Of a stretch of 64,000 nt of DNA, positions 39,317-49,264 are shown one piece after another (positions within the stretch are counted from its first letter, which is position 1; each line of letters begins with the position of its first letter). Under the pieces are notes generated by a model that did not search any database, was not told the origin of the DNA, and saw only the letters and a program-made list of their open reading frames with translations. This stretch comes from a virus. Location of the stretch: IMG/VR virus record IMGVR_UViG_3300047510_003392, positions 1 to 64,000 of that record; one strand, written 5' to 3'. The position numbers and the translations under genes are program-made.

Positions 39317-42300
39317 TTAAAATAAATATGTTGTTCCAGAAGTTCTATTATTACCAACAAACGGTATAGGATATGATGAAGCACTGGGGTTATAATTTGT
39401 ATATATGTCAATTGATTCTATTACTGCGCCTGCTCGTGGGAATCCTCCAGTTTGACTGCTGTATTGATTGGTCAAATTTACTTGTGCTCGCACAATACTT
39501 CCAGATCGTATATTCTCGCCGTGTATCCACGCTGTTCCTGTACCATAGCCTGCTACTTTTATTTGACCTTGTGTAATTGAGCCAGAATAAAAAGATATTG
39601 CCTCTATACTTGCAGTTATTAATGAACTTTGGCCATTTATTCTTTCACCAACAACAAAATTAGTGGTCATGTTTTGGAATTCTACCCAGTATCCATTTGG
39701 TTGTATTCTTACCTCAAAATCAAATTCAGTTGGCAACACTTCGGCGGAAAGATTTGCTGCGGTTAGTGCCTTAAAAGTACCTCCATTGATACTATAATCT
39801 ACATCAAGTGAAGCTGGCTTTGTAAGTCTGAACTGTTCAGTTTGATTTCCTGTGAGAAGATGATAATATCTTGGTTCTTGTGCTCTAAACCCTGTTATAT
39901 TTCTACATTTCCAAGGTAGTTTAAACGATGCAGAACCAAATAGTCCCGCCGTTCTTAGCCGCCCGTCTCCAGTAAATCCAAATGAACCAGAAGTAATAGT
40001 TTTTAAATCCGTTGTTTTTTCTGTACCATTGAATCGTAAAGCAAGCAGTCCGTTTCCATTGCCTTGATTAAGCTCAAACCAATTAGTGTCTGCGACTTGT
40101 GTCCAAAATCTTGCGACTCCTAATCCTTGACCGACAGAAGCTCCTGATACAATAGAAAAATTATATGGATCATATCCACCGTCAACATTTCTAACTATCC
40201 AATTGGACAAGCCAAAACTGTTTCCTGCTCCTTGAAATCCTCTTGTATAAAGACCGCCGTGTCTAACATTTTGATAATATATATTTTTATTATCGTTGCT
40301 TCCTACCGCAGGTGTTGGTTGATTTTGATTTATAGAGCCAAGCCAGCCTTCTATCATAGGCACGGCGTCCAAGTTATCTATGACTAAACCGTCCGTGGTG
40401 CTACCTACACTAAATGTTCTCATGCAGTTTTTCCACTGCCCATTAGTTTTTACATTTGTTATTACAACATTTTTAATCGTACCAGTGTTCAGTCCTCCAT
40501 AAAATCTTTGTGCATCATTTTCTGATGCTGGATATATATGGTCATATGGATGATGCTCATAGTTTTTTATTACACAGTTTGTGAATACTGAAAAAGTTGG
40601 AGCACGAGTACCGTTGCTATATATTCCCCACGACATCATATTTTCAAACGTAGGTTCAAACGCAGCAGATTGTGTAGATACATGCAGAGCTTTGAATGGA
40701 TTGTGTTGATTTTGAGCCCAGTAAGCAAATGTAGAATAGAATGTTCCAATTGCCATGTTTGGCCATTGCCATTCAACATATGGTCGCAATATACTGCCCG
40801 TAAGCGGCGCAGTTGCTCCTGTATTTATAATGGTTCTTGCCAAAGAGCCGCTATCCAAGTTTGCTCCATTTGTAAATATTATACTAGATGATGGAAATAC
40901 ATCTGCTCTACCACTTACATTACCTATACTACACGTTAAATACGATACTCCCGCCGGTAATGTAACCGACGCTGTGCATAGCGTCCAACTGCCACCAAGA
41001 TTATAACTTGATGAAATTATAGTTGAACCATATTGTACAGCAACTTCCACAGATCCCGTTGTTAGCATATTACACAATAGTGTACACAAGGTATATGTGC
41101 TATTAGGCAACAACCCAGATACCGTTTGAGATACTCTAGCATTAGACCCAGTAGAATTTAATCTGTCAACTGTTAGATTAGTATTATCTATGATTGAATA
41201 TGGATATGTAACATCCGACGCCACATTTACCGCATTTTTTGTCCACGTTGCATCGCTGAAAGTAGTTCCCCATCTTAAAAACTGATATAGCGAATGTGTA
41301 AATTTTGGTATTGCTTCATGTATAGGAGAATCTTCAAACGTACCATTCTGATAATGTCTGCGATATATATAATAGTACGGCGTGTTGTTGACTACAGATC
41401 TATCTTCCCACGATTGTGATACAAACGGGAAGGTGCCAATACTGTTTCCAGCACTTGGTGTAAATACTGAACTTGTACTTTTAAATATTTGAGAAGGAAA
41501 TGTGGCGTTGTTTCCCGCTACTCCGACATTATCGTTTGTCCAAACTATCCACACCGACGCACTACTAGGCTCAAATCTAAGTCTTGCTGGAAAACTTTGG
41601 CTAACTGGCATGAATGGTACAATATTGAATACATTTTCACTTTCTACTCCCATCAAGTAGTTATTATCTTTATATGTCTTTGCCTTGAAATAATATTTTT
41701 GACCAAGCTGCCAATTATTTCCATAATGGTCGCTTCTAAATCTTTGTACCGGGTCTGATGTAAATCTAAAAGCATTTGCTCTGTTCCAATAACCAGATGA
41801 ATGTGAAAATACAAGTCCATCTATAGTACAATCCGAAAAATTTTCCCAAACTGAAGAAGCTCCATAAATTTTTATATTCTTTAGTGTAGTATTGTTGAAA
41901 TATCTCCAATAAGTTTCGTATGTGAGTTGATGAATAGGAAATATTTGCTGAAATTTTAGGTCTTGTATATAGCAGTTTTTGAAAGCATCAAAAGATTGTC
42001 CATAAGTCGAGCCACCATATCGGTAATGGTTATATGCCGTAACAATGAATATATTTTTAAAAACAGAATTAATTTGACTTCCCATGAATGGACTACCGTC
42101 CGGATTTCTTCTGTCTGTATTGACATCCATGTATTTATTTGGCACACCAGTACCTGGAATATAAAAGTGTGCCATCGGAATTGTTCTGATGAAATTTATT
42201 ACTGACGCATTTCTGTTTTCCGAAAATGTATTGAACGTATAGGTTCCTTGTGCAACATTCAGTACATCCAAATTTCTCGCCTGCACACAGCTAAAATATG

Positions 42301-43060
42301 GATAACTAATCAAACAATTTCTCATTACTACGCAGCCTTTTTCGTCTGTATTGATACCACTCATATTAATACGATCCGTCCATCTTGCTTCGGAATAATC
42401 CGTTATTACTATGTTTGGTATAAATACTTTACATCCATTCGGTACTGCTGCTCCTCCACTCGCTATGCTGCCTCCAAAATATACTTGGTTGGTAAAATAG
42501 TCTGCAAATGTAGAACCAGTATGTATTGTATTTTCATCGGTACAACCCTGCTTAAAAAAATAACCTCTGTCGTCGTTAGCGGTATATTGTATAAGATCTG
42601 GGTATGGTCCCCAAGAAAATCCATTTGGTCTTACTGTTACATTTGCCCACAAATTAAATCTATCTTCTGGCAATGAAGCCGTGGCAGAGCCTGGACTTTT
42701 TTCTATAAATAATCCTGGTATATAATCTGTACACCACGCCGTAAACGTTTGACCCGGCTGACCATTCCCAGTTCCTAAACTAATAAGCTCGCCTTCTACT
42801 CGCAATGTTCCACCGTCGTCAATATTGATCAATGAGGCATTTGTATTTAATGCACCTCTGCCCAATCCAACTCTTATACCAGAACCAGTACTTTCATTTT
42901 TTATGAGTAGTGTTCCCTGTATCACATTCATGTTTAACCACCATTTTGTTTGGGTAGTGTTTATGGTTGCCACTGCACCGTTGTATATATCCAAGGTGTC
43001 GTTATTTGCCCAAGGAAGAGTATCTAAGTTTAGACTCGATGTAACTAGAAATGTTGCCAT
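39317..43060 (-). CDS. Large virion protein (beta-helix/FN3/carbohydrate-binding-like; tail spike or fibre)
   Basis: 1247 aa, Asn/Thr/Ser/aromatic-rich, beta-helix-like N-X-X-I-X-N repeats, W.D..V.N.TPYYY FN3-like segment. Confidence 0.6.
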   Translation of the reverse strand: MATFLVTSSLNLDTLPWANNDTLDIYNGAVATINTTQTKWWLNMNVIQGTLLIKNESTGSGIRVGLGRGALNTNASLINIDDGGTLRVEGELISLGTGNGQPGQTFTAWCTDYIPGLFIEKSPGSATASLPEDRFNLWANVTVRPNGFSWGPYPDLIQYTANDDRGYFFKQGCTDENTIHTGSTFADYFTNQVYFGGSIASGGAAVPNGCKVFIPNIVITDYSEARWTDRINMSGINTDEKGCVVMRNCLISYPYFSCVQARNLDVLNVAQGTYTFNTFSENRNASVINFIRTIPMAHFYIPGTGVPNKYMDVNTDRRNPDGSPFMGSQINSVFKNIFIVTAYNHYRYGGSTYGQSFDAFKNCYIQDLKFQQIFPIHQLTYETYWRYFNNTTLKNIKIYGASSVWENFSDCTIDGLVFSHSSGYWNRANAFRFTSDPVQRFRSDHYGNNWQLGQKYYFKAKTYKDNNYLMGVESENVFNIVPFMPVSQSFPARLRFEPSSASVWIVWTNDNVGVAGNNATFPSQIFKSTSSVFTPSAGNSIGTFPFVSQSWEDRSVVNNTPYYYIYRRHYQNGTFEDSPIHEAIPKFTHSLYQFLRWGTTFSDATWTKNAVNVASDVTYPYSIIDNTNLTVDRLNSTGSNARVSQTVSGLLPNSTYTLCTLLCNMLTTGSVEVAVQYGSTIISSSYNLGGSWTLCTASVTLPAGVSYLTCSIGNVSGRADVFPSSSIIFTNGANLDSGSLARTIINTGATAPLTGSILRPYVEWQWPNMAIGTFYSTFAYWAQNQHNPFKALHVSTQSAAFEPTFENMMSWGIYSNGTRAPTFSVFTNCVIKNYEHHPYDHIYPASENDAQRFYGGLNTGTIKNVVITNVKTNGQWKNCMRTFSVGSTTDGLVIDNLDAVPMIEGWLGSINQNQPTPAVGSNDNKNIYYQNVRHGGLYTRGFQGAGNSFGLSNWIVRNVDGGYDPYNFSIVSGASVGQGLGVARFWTQVADTNWFELNQGNGNGLLALRFNGTEKTTDLKTITSGSFGFTGDGRLRTAGLFGSASFKLPWKCRNITGFRAQEPRYYHLLTGNQTEQFRLTKPASLDVDYSINGGTFKALTAANLSAEVLPTEFDFEVRIQPNGYWVEFQNMTTNFVVGERINGQSSLITASIEAISFYSGSITQGQIKVAGYGTGTAWIHGENIRSGSIVRAQVNLTNQYSSQTGGFPRAGAVIESIDIYTNYNPSASSYPIPFVGNNRTSGTTYLF

Positions 43061-43070
43061 ATATTTTTAT

Positions 43071-43499
43071 TTATGCATTTACATTAAGTTGTAATGTACA
43101 TTTTTGTATGTTTGTGGCCGCAGTTGGCACATAAAACGAAATAATGTCATTAGCAGCAATAGAAGATGTGCTCCATGTAGTAACATCATCACTTGAAGCC
43201 TTTAATGAGCCACTAATAGTTGGATATCTGCTAGAAGAACCTGGCATAGAGTTATTTTCTGTTGGTGGATAATTGTCATATGTTGTTTTCCATATATCAA
43301 TTGATATAACTCCGGTTTGGTCGGCAAACATTTTCCAAGATTTTATTACACACGCTCTTGGAACTTGAATAAATCCATAAGTTCCAGGTGCAATAGGAAA
43401 CCCGCCCCCATCAAGTGATATACCAATTCCGTTCAAGCCGGGCGACATAGTATAACTTGATGTTGCTGCGTATTTGGATGCGATGGGAACTATGCTCAT
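43071..43499 (-). CDS. Tail-associated phage protein
   Basis: LDGGG..I..G..G...VP..C.I..W...ADQTG.I.IDIWK..Y..YPP pattern; start MSIVPI after TATTTATA. Confidence 0.65.
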   Translation of the reverse strand: MSIVPIASKYAATSSYTMSPGLNGIGISLDGGGFPIAPGTYGFIQVPRACVIKSWKMFADQTGVISIDIWKTTYDNYPPTENNSMPGSSSRYPTISGSLKASSDDVTTWSTSSIAANDIISFYVPTAATNIQKCTLQLNVNA

Positions 43500-43526
43500 A
43501 TTATAGTAATAATATATATAAATATA

Positions 43527-43561
43527 AAAAAATAGGGCAGATTTTATCATCTGCCCTTTTT
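43527..43561 (-). terminator. Intrinsic terminator
   Basis: agggcagat-tttatc-atctgccct with U-tract on minus strand. Confidence 0.6.
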
Positions 43562-43577
43562 ATATTTTATCTATTCA

Positions 43578-44432
43578 CTAAAACTTCCTGTTTCTGAAGC
43601 GTTTTGCTGCTTGTCCTTGAAACTTTCTTATGTCTGCTCCCGCATTTGCCTTCAAGAACTCTATGATCTTTTTCAACACTTGCATAAGCATTTTGACATC
43701 TTCTTTGGCATCGTGCCAGCCATCGATCTTTACTCCAAGTGCTTGTCCTAACTTACCAAGACTTGAGCTATAGCTTTTGTATTTTGTTTTAGCCAGCAAG
43801 CCATCTAATACCTTCTTGGCTTCTGGGTTTGTTTCTAATGCTTGTAATGCTGGGATGAAAAAGAATCTGGATATATTCACTGTATCTAACACAGGATATT
43901 TCTTCATTGGCGGCAAACCGTGCAGTTTTCGCCTTGCTGCAATAACTTTCATATCAAATGTAGCATTGTGGGCTAATATCACAACATTCTGAAATCCATC
44001 TAAAAACTTCTCAAACTCAATCAGTGCTTCTTTTTCGTCAAGCTTTTCTGCGTTTGGCACATCATAGCCAGTCATCTTGAGTGCGTCTCTTGGATGAAGG
44101 TCTGGCTTACCATACTTCTTTTGTCTGCGTGCCATTTCTTTATCAAGATGTTTTGCTTCAGCACTATTTGGATCATTCAATGCGTTGTTTAGTGCAGGTC
44201 CAATATTTATCTTTTTGCTAAACTCGCCGATTTCATTGAATGTTGAACCATCATATACCATAGCAGCAATATGTGTTACTTGAATATATGATGTGTTTGG
44301 TTCTAAGCCAACGGTTTCTGTGTCAAACAATACTATTGTTTTACCGTCAAACTGCAAAAACTTTTCTAATACTTCACGTATATTAAAGGAATATAGCTTG
44401 GCTTCTTTTAGTATGTCTTTGAGTTTGATCAT
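43578..44432 (-). CDS. DEDDh 3'-5' exonuclease (DnaQ-like)
   Basis: FDTETVGL, AHNATFD, LDT, WHDAKEDV; true start MIKLKDILKE (44432). Confidence 0.88.
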   Translation of the reverse strand: MIKLKDILKEAKLYSFNIREVLEKFLQFDGKTIVLFDTETVGLEPNTSYIQVTHIAAMVYDGSTFNEIGEFSKKINIGPALNNALNDPNSAEAKHLDKEMARRQKKYGKPDLHPRDALKMTGYDVPNAEKLDEKEALIEFEKFLDGFQNVVILAHNATFDMKVIAARRKLHGLPPMKKYPVLDTVNISRFFFIPALQALETNPEAKKVLDGLLAKTKYKSYSSSLGKLGQALGVKIDGWHDAKEDVKMLMQVLKKIIEFLKANAGADIRKFQGQAAKRFRNRKF

Positions 44433-44452
44433 ATCTATAAATATAATGATAT

Positions 44453-44482
44453 AAAAAAAGAGGGTGGATTTCTCCACCCTCT
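44453..44482 (-). terminator. Intrinsic terminator
   Basis: gagggtgga-ttt-ctccaccctc with U-tract on minus strand. Confidence 0.75.
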
Positions 44483-44503
44483 ATGGTTTTCTTTTTTATT
44501 GGC

Positions 44504-44575
44504 TTATTTTGAGTAATCTTGATCAAAAATAATGACCAAGCCCAAAATAGCCCAACATACAACGGCTGCTACCAT
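44504..44575 (-). CDS. Small hydrophobic peptide (23 aa)
   Basis: MVAAVVCWAILGLVIIFDQDYSK*, AGGAGA Shine-Dalgarno upstream, hairpin at 44597-44623. Confidence 0.45.
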   Translation of the reverse strand: MVAAVVCWAILGLVIIFDQDYSK

Positions 44576-44712
44576 GATATGTTTCTCCTATCTTAGAGCC
44601 ACAGACCCTAGGGTTTGGTGGCTGTTATAACTGAGCATATAACTATATGCCCGATATTATAATAAATAGAGAAAATACATCGCCGAGAATATATTGTTGT
44701 TATAAAAAGTGC

Positions 44713-45519
44713 TTATTCTGGTGCAATAAATCCAACCTTCTCCACGATTTCTTTACCTTTTGGACTTAGTGTAAACTCTATAAACTTTGCTGCTTGAGGA
44801 CTTGGTGCTGCATTTACATAATAAAATGTTGGACGAGCATATGGATATGTTTTCTTTAGTATAGACTCCTTGGTTGGCAAAGCATTATCAATCGGCACAA
44901 CTTTTATGCCGGGTGATTTGATATATGCCAATCCAACATAACCAATGGCATTTGGATTTTTACTTACTTCAGCGAGGATTTGTTCATTGCCAGCCAACTT
45001 TTGTGATGACTTTACATAATCACGCTTGTTCATTGCCATTTCCTTGAAGTCGGAATATGTGCCAGAAGATGTATTTCTGGTATAGATTGAAATCTTACCT
45101 TGCTTTCCACCAATCATAGCCCAATCAGTTACATCGCCTGTAAATATTTGTTCTATTTGGCGGCGAGATAGTTTGGCTATTGGATTTTTTGCATTCACGA
45201 TTATAGCCATTCCATCATATGCGACGATGATTGGCTTTAGTGTGACGCCTTTTGATGCTGCGGTAGACATTTCGGTTGCCTTTGCTCTACGAGAACTCAT
45301 TCCAATGTCTGCTGTGCCATCAATAATAGCAGACAATCCAGTTGTAGAACCTTCGGCGGCAATTTCAAATGCAACATCTTTGTTGAATGTTTTGTACTCT
45401 TCAGCAAGTGTAGGCACAAGCTTTGCTCCAAGCGTATCTGATCCTTTGATAATCAGTTTCTGGGAATAGCCTATTGGGGCGATTAGCAATGCGATTAGTG
45501 ATATTAGTATTTTCTTCAT
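44713..45519 (-). CDS. pstS: Phosphate ABC transporter substrate-binding protein
   Basis: IKGSDT, EGSTTG, ADIGMSSR, RNTSSGT, AIGYVGLAY, YPYARP. Confidence 0.92.
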   Translation of the reverse strand: MKKILISLIALLIAPIGYSQKLIIKGSDTLGAKLVPTLAEEYKTFNKDVAFEIAAEGSTTGLSAIIDGTADIGMSSRRAKATEMSTAASKGVTLKPIIVAYDGMAIIVNAKNPIAKLSRRQIEQIFTGDVTDWAMIGGKQGKISIYTRNTSSGTYSDFKEMAMNKRDYVKSSQKLAGNEQILAEVSKNPNAIGYVGLAYIKSPGIKVVPIDNALPTKESILKKTYPYARPTFYYVNAAPSPQAAKFIEFTLSPKGKEIVEKVGFIAPE

Positions 45520-45525
45520 AATATA

Positions 45526-46761
45526 TTAGAACTGAATTTGTAGTTGCGAACGAACTCCGCGTGTTGTGGCTTTGGTTGTATTATTCTTTACTTCGCCAGA
45601 TAATGCCCCAAGTTGGAACTTCATATCTTGACCTCTGATATACCAGTTTGCTCCAACATAATATTCATTGAAAAGGTTCATATTTGCTGAAGCTGGTGCT
45701 GAACGAACAACATCGCTTAGATTTACTCCACGGTTGTCTGTATCAAGACGCTGATATCTAAAAACAAACTCAATGGTTTCATTGAAATATACCGTAGGTT
45801 GAACAAACCAACCATATGGGCTTGCATCATTATTTCCTGCACCTTTGTCAATATTGGCATACAGATATTCTGCCATCAGAGTATATCTTAGATATGATAC
45901 GTCAAGATATAAAGAGTGTATGCTCAAATCATATCCCTTTCCTATGTTGGATACTCCAAATCCACCTTGGTCTGGTAATATACCTATGCCATATCCAATA
46001 ATAGCATTTCCATTTTCAGGCAGCTTGGCGGTAAATCCAACATTTCCCCATAATGCCTTTTTGTTGTTGCCTGCATTTCCAGATGAAGAAGCACCAGCAA
46101 ATGTTTCATCTCTTTGTGGGTTTGTTATTGCCGCACTATATACAAGACCATATTTGTTTGTTAGTTCTTTTTTACCATCAACAAATACTCCTATACGATA
46201 GCTTGCTGCACCCAATCTTCTGCCATTGTTGCTTTCAACGAAATATCTTGTTACTCCAGAACGTTCTATTGAACGTAGATTGCCGCTGGTTGCTCTTTCT
46301 TCGTATGCGACATTTACTTTTCTAAGACCAAAGTTAAAAGTCAAATCTGGCGTTGGTTTATATTCTACAATAGCGTCGTCATATCCACCACTCGCAAAAT
46401 CATACGTCATTGTTGCTCCCCAGCCAGCACCTACGCCAGCCTTGAGTGTAAAATACATACGGCGTGTAAAAAACTGGTCAGTATATGCTGGCTTGGCTGC
46501 GGTATGAACATCTGTGCTTAGATTAGCATACTGAAGTTGCATTCTCATACCTACGCTCAATCTATCCGTGGATTTTCCGCCAGCGATGGCTTGTGATGGT
46601 ATTGTATTATTTTCTCGCACCAAATCAGCACGTATATCTTCTGCCTCCTGATTGGTTAGAATACCTTTTCGTATAAGTGCTTCAATAAGAGCACCGCTGT
46701 CTTGAGCGAGAGAAGGTATGATTAGCAACGCAAATATCAATGGATATAGAATTTTCTTCAT
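45526..46761 (-). CDS. Phosphate-selective porin (OprO/P-like)
   Basis: Signal peptide, AQDSGALIEALIRKGIL N-terminal helix, RRMYF, TSSGNLRSIERS-type segment, GANWY, C-terminal Phe; directly upstream of pstS. Confidence 0.78.
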   Translation of the reverse strand: MKKILYPLIFALLIIPSLAQDSGALIEALIRKGILTNQEAEDIRADLVRENNTIPSQAIAGGKSTDRLSVGMRMQLQYANLSTDVHTAAKPAYTDQFFTRRMYFTLKAGVGAGWGATMTYDFASGGYDDAIVEYKPTPDLTFNFGLRKVNVAYEERATSGNLRSIERSGVTRYFVESNNGRRLGAASYRIGVFVDGKKELTNKYGLVYSAAITNPQRDETFAGASSSGNAGNNKKALWGNVGFTAKLPENGNAIIGYGIGILPDQGGFGVSNIGKGYDLSIHSLYLDVSYLRYTLMAEYLYANIDKGAGNNDASPYGWFVQPTVYFNETIEFVFRYQRLDTDNRGVNLSDVVRSAPASANMNLFNEYYVGANWYIRGQDMKFQLGALSGEVKNNTTKATTRGVRSQLQIQF

Positions 46762-46777
46762 ACATCCATACATAGCG

Positions 46778-46817
46778 ATTATAAAAATCTGTGACTATGC
46801 TGTCACTAACTTGTAAC
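46778..46817 (-). promoter_or_regulatory. Pho-box-like promoter
   Basis: GTNAC half-sites at 46791, 46802, 46813 (exact 11-bp period; ctgtgac/ctgtcac/ttgtaac) followed 7 nt later by TATAAT on the minus strand. Confidence 0.7.
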
Positions 46818-46837
46818 ACGTTCTGAGAAAAATATTT

Positions 46838-47446
46838 TTATCTGACTACTAAACTTGTAGTTTCACTTTTTACAAGTCCAGCAGTATTGCGTGCTTCTAC
46901 TTTATAGTTTCCTGAATCAGCAGTTGTAATATTGGCTAGTTTTAGGCTTGCATTTGTTTTGCCCGCTAAAACTACATTATTTTTATACCATACAAATCTT
47001 AATGGCCCAGTTGCAGCAGCATCAACATTTGCTTTTATAGTAATATCATCGCCAACATATGCATCTGCTTGTAGACTATATAAATCACCTTCAAGCAACC
47101 AAAAGTTTCTGCTTATTCTGGTTAGTTTCCATTGCGAACCCATTTTTCGCGTTCTAAAAGCATCATCTGATTGTAGTATAACTACGCCATTTTCACCAAC
47201 AATATTTATTGTACCATCTGATAATGCTGTGCCATATATTTCTGTACCCGTGCCAAATACATTAGTTCTTTCAAATGGCACAACAAATCTAACCGTCGAG
47301 TTATTTGGCGTTTGCATCGCAATCAAATAACCAGAATCTCTGTTTGTTATTTTATATTCAGTGTTTGTGCTTATGGTTTTTACATCCAAAGCATATGATG
47401 TAAGAGCAACTGTCAAGAATGTCAGTAGTAGAAATATCTTTTTCAT
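46838..47446 (-). CDS. Exported protein with C-terminal immunoglobulin domain
   Basis: Signal peptide; GPLRFVWYKNN...SLKLANITTADSGNYKVEARN. Confidence 0.75.
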   Translation of the reverse strand: MKKIFLLLTFLTVALTSYALDVKTISTNTEYKITNRDSGYLIAMQTPNNSTVRFVVPFERTNVFGTGTEIYGTALSDGTINIVGENGVVILQSDDAFRTRKMGSQWKLTRISRNFWLLEGDLYSLQADAYVGDDITIKANVDAAATGPLRFVWYKNNVVLAGKTNASLKLANITTADSGNYKVEARNTAGLVKSETTSLVVR

Positions 47447-47564
47447 ATGCCATATAACTATAATATATATGGCATGAAAATGTTATAAACCGTTGATTAG
47501 TTTCTAATCATGCTGACTATTCACATCACTAATATATGGCGTGAATAATCAAACCTCAATAATT

Positions 47565-47909
47565 TTATCCGCGAATAATCTGAATCTTTACTTGATTAGG
47601 AGCAACTGGCGTAACAACAACAATAGCAAGTGTATCACTATCAGCAGTGCCCCAGTTATTGGTTGCACGTAGCTTGTATGTGCCTGCATCTGTTAGAGCA
47701 ATGGCGTTGAATACAAGATTTGCACCAGTAGCAACTTGCACATCATTCTTGAACCACGCATAAGTGATAGGTGCAGTACCTTGTGCTTCACCAGCAAGTG
47801 TGATCTTTGTGCCAGTGTATTCTGTCGATGATGCAGGAGTTGTTTGAGCAAACAAACTCGTAACCGAAACTAACAATGCGAATATGCCTGAGAATAGTAG
47901 TTTTTTCAT
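47565..47909 (-). CDS. Exported single Ig-domain protein
   Basis: Signal peptide; GTAPITYAWFKN...DAGTYKLRATN. Confidence 0.8.
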   Translation of the reverse strand: MKKLLFSGIFALLVSVTSLFAQTTPASSTEYTGTKITLAGEAQGTAPITYAWFKNDVQVATGANLVFNAIALTDAGTYKLRATNNWGTADSDTLAIVVVTPVAPNQVKIQIIRG

Positions 47910-47987
47910 AATTTATGGATTTTATCTTTCAACCATAAATATGTGCGTATATATGAAAAACGTATATATAAAAACTTATTGGAAAAA

Positions 47988-48149
47988 TCACCAACGATGT
48001 ATTACGCCAGCAATAATAAACATATTGGTGATGATATAAAAAAGTACAATGATGGTGCGAATAAATGCAACTTTATCTGCTTCACAATTATCTTCACTTG
48101 CTTTTTCACCAAGTGATTTTGCCCATATTCTCCAAAATGATTTTAGCAT
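47988..48149 (-). CDS. Small membrane protein conserved in large myophages (53 aa)
   Basis: Hand-read MLKSFWRIWAKSLGEKASEDNCEADKVAFIRTIIVLFYIITNMFIIAGVIHRW*. Confidence 0.65.
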   Translation of the reverse strand: MLKSFWRIWAKSLGEKASEDNCEADKVAFIRTIIVLFYIITNMFIIAGVIHRW

Positions 48150-48156
48150 AAATTAT

Positions 48157-48246
48157 TGGTGGGCATAGTCGGACTCGAACCGACACGGACAATTTAACGT
48201 CCAAGAGTTTTTAAGACTCTTGTGGCTCCCATTACACCATATGCCC
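48157..48246 (-). tRNA. tRNA-Leu(TAA)
   Basis: GGGCATA/TATGCCC-ACCA, anticodon loop CTTAAAA, long variable arm. Confidence 0.92.
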
Positions 48247-48253
48247 AAAAAAC

Positions 48254-48330
48254 TGGTGGTCGCGAGGGGACTTGAACCCCTGACACCATCGATGTAAACG
48301 ATGTGCTCTAACCAACTGAGCTACGCGACC
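48254..48330 (-). tRNA. tRNA-Val(TAC)
   Basis: GGTCGCG/CGCGACC-ACCA, loop TTTACAT. Confidence 0.93.
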
Positions 48331-48335
48331 AAATA

Positions 48336-49208
48336 TTAAATTTTTCCAAATTGTTTTTTCTGCCAATATCCTACAGGTTTTGTTTGTATTTCATATGTCT
48401 TACACCATTTTCTAACAGCATTTCCAGATACTCCATATTGTTTTCCGATGCTTTCTATTGGAACAGAATCTATCAGATTTGTCAAGTGCTCTTTTGAGGG
48501 ACGTTCTACTTTTCTACAATAATGCTTTGGTTTTGTTCTCCAGTTGGGGTCTTTAGGAATTTTGGGAACCCGTTCAATTTCTACTTTATCCAGATAAGAC
48601 AATAACTTTATTCCGTTCTTTTCTGCAACCTTTCTTATTCTACTGTAATATCTAGAACCCTTTTGTGTGCTTATTGCTTTTGCTATATCTGTTATGCAAT
48701 TGTATTTTTTACACGCCTCCAATATTTGCTCATCGCCAACTTTCATATTTTTTCTATGAGAAGTTTCTGTTTGTGAGTGGCAGTTAGGACACAAAAATCG
48801 GAGATTTTCTCTTCTATTATCTCTCCAATTTCCATCTTTGTGGTCTACTTCTAGTGTTATTGGAAGGTCGTTATAAGAATTTATATTACATTTTTCACAC
48901 TTATATTCTCGTCCAATTTCTCGCAATGCTCTTGTTAAGATATTTCCGTGAACTCTTTTATCTCGCGTCGAAAATATCAATATTTCATTGGCAGATTTTC
49001 TTGTATTTTCTGCTCTTCTTTTAGCTCCTTTCAACATCCCCGCCACACTTGATTGGAAGTGTGAAGTGTCAATACCATATTCTTTTATTTTTCGACTGAT
49101 ATGGTTATGTCCTCCGCCCGACATTGGGCAATTTACAATACGCATTACTTCTGTGACCGATTTCGCTTTTTTTGCGGCATCTTCTAATATTTGTTTAGTG
49201 TATTTCAT
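48336..49208 (-). CDS. HNH homing endonuclease inside tRNA cluster
   Basis: CEKC...LEVDHKDGNWRDNRRENLRFLCPNCHSQT; HTH-like ends; start MKYTKQ. Confidence 0.88.
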   Translation of the reverse strand: MKYTKQILEDAAKKAKSVTEVMRIVNCPMSGGGHNHISRKIKEYGIDTSHFQSSVAGMLKGAKRRAENTRKSANEILIFSTRDKRVHGNILTRALREIGREYKCEKCNINSYNDLPITLEVDHKDGNWRDNRRENLRFLCPNCHSQTETSHRKNMKVGDEQILEACKKYNCITDIAKAISTQKGSRYYSRIRKVAEKNGIKLLSYLDKVEIERVPKIPKDPNWRTKPKHYCRKVERPSKEHLTNLIDSVPIESIGKQYGVSGNAVRKWCKTYEIQTKPVGYWQKKQFGKI

Positions 49209-49264
49209 ATACAATAAATAGTATACACGATACAAAAAACATCACCCGTTTACTATTTTTTTAA

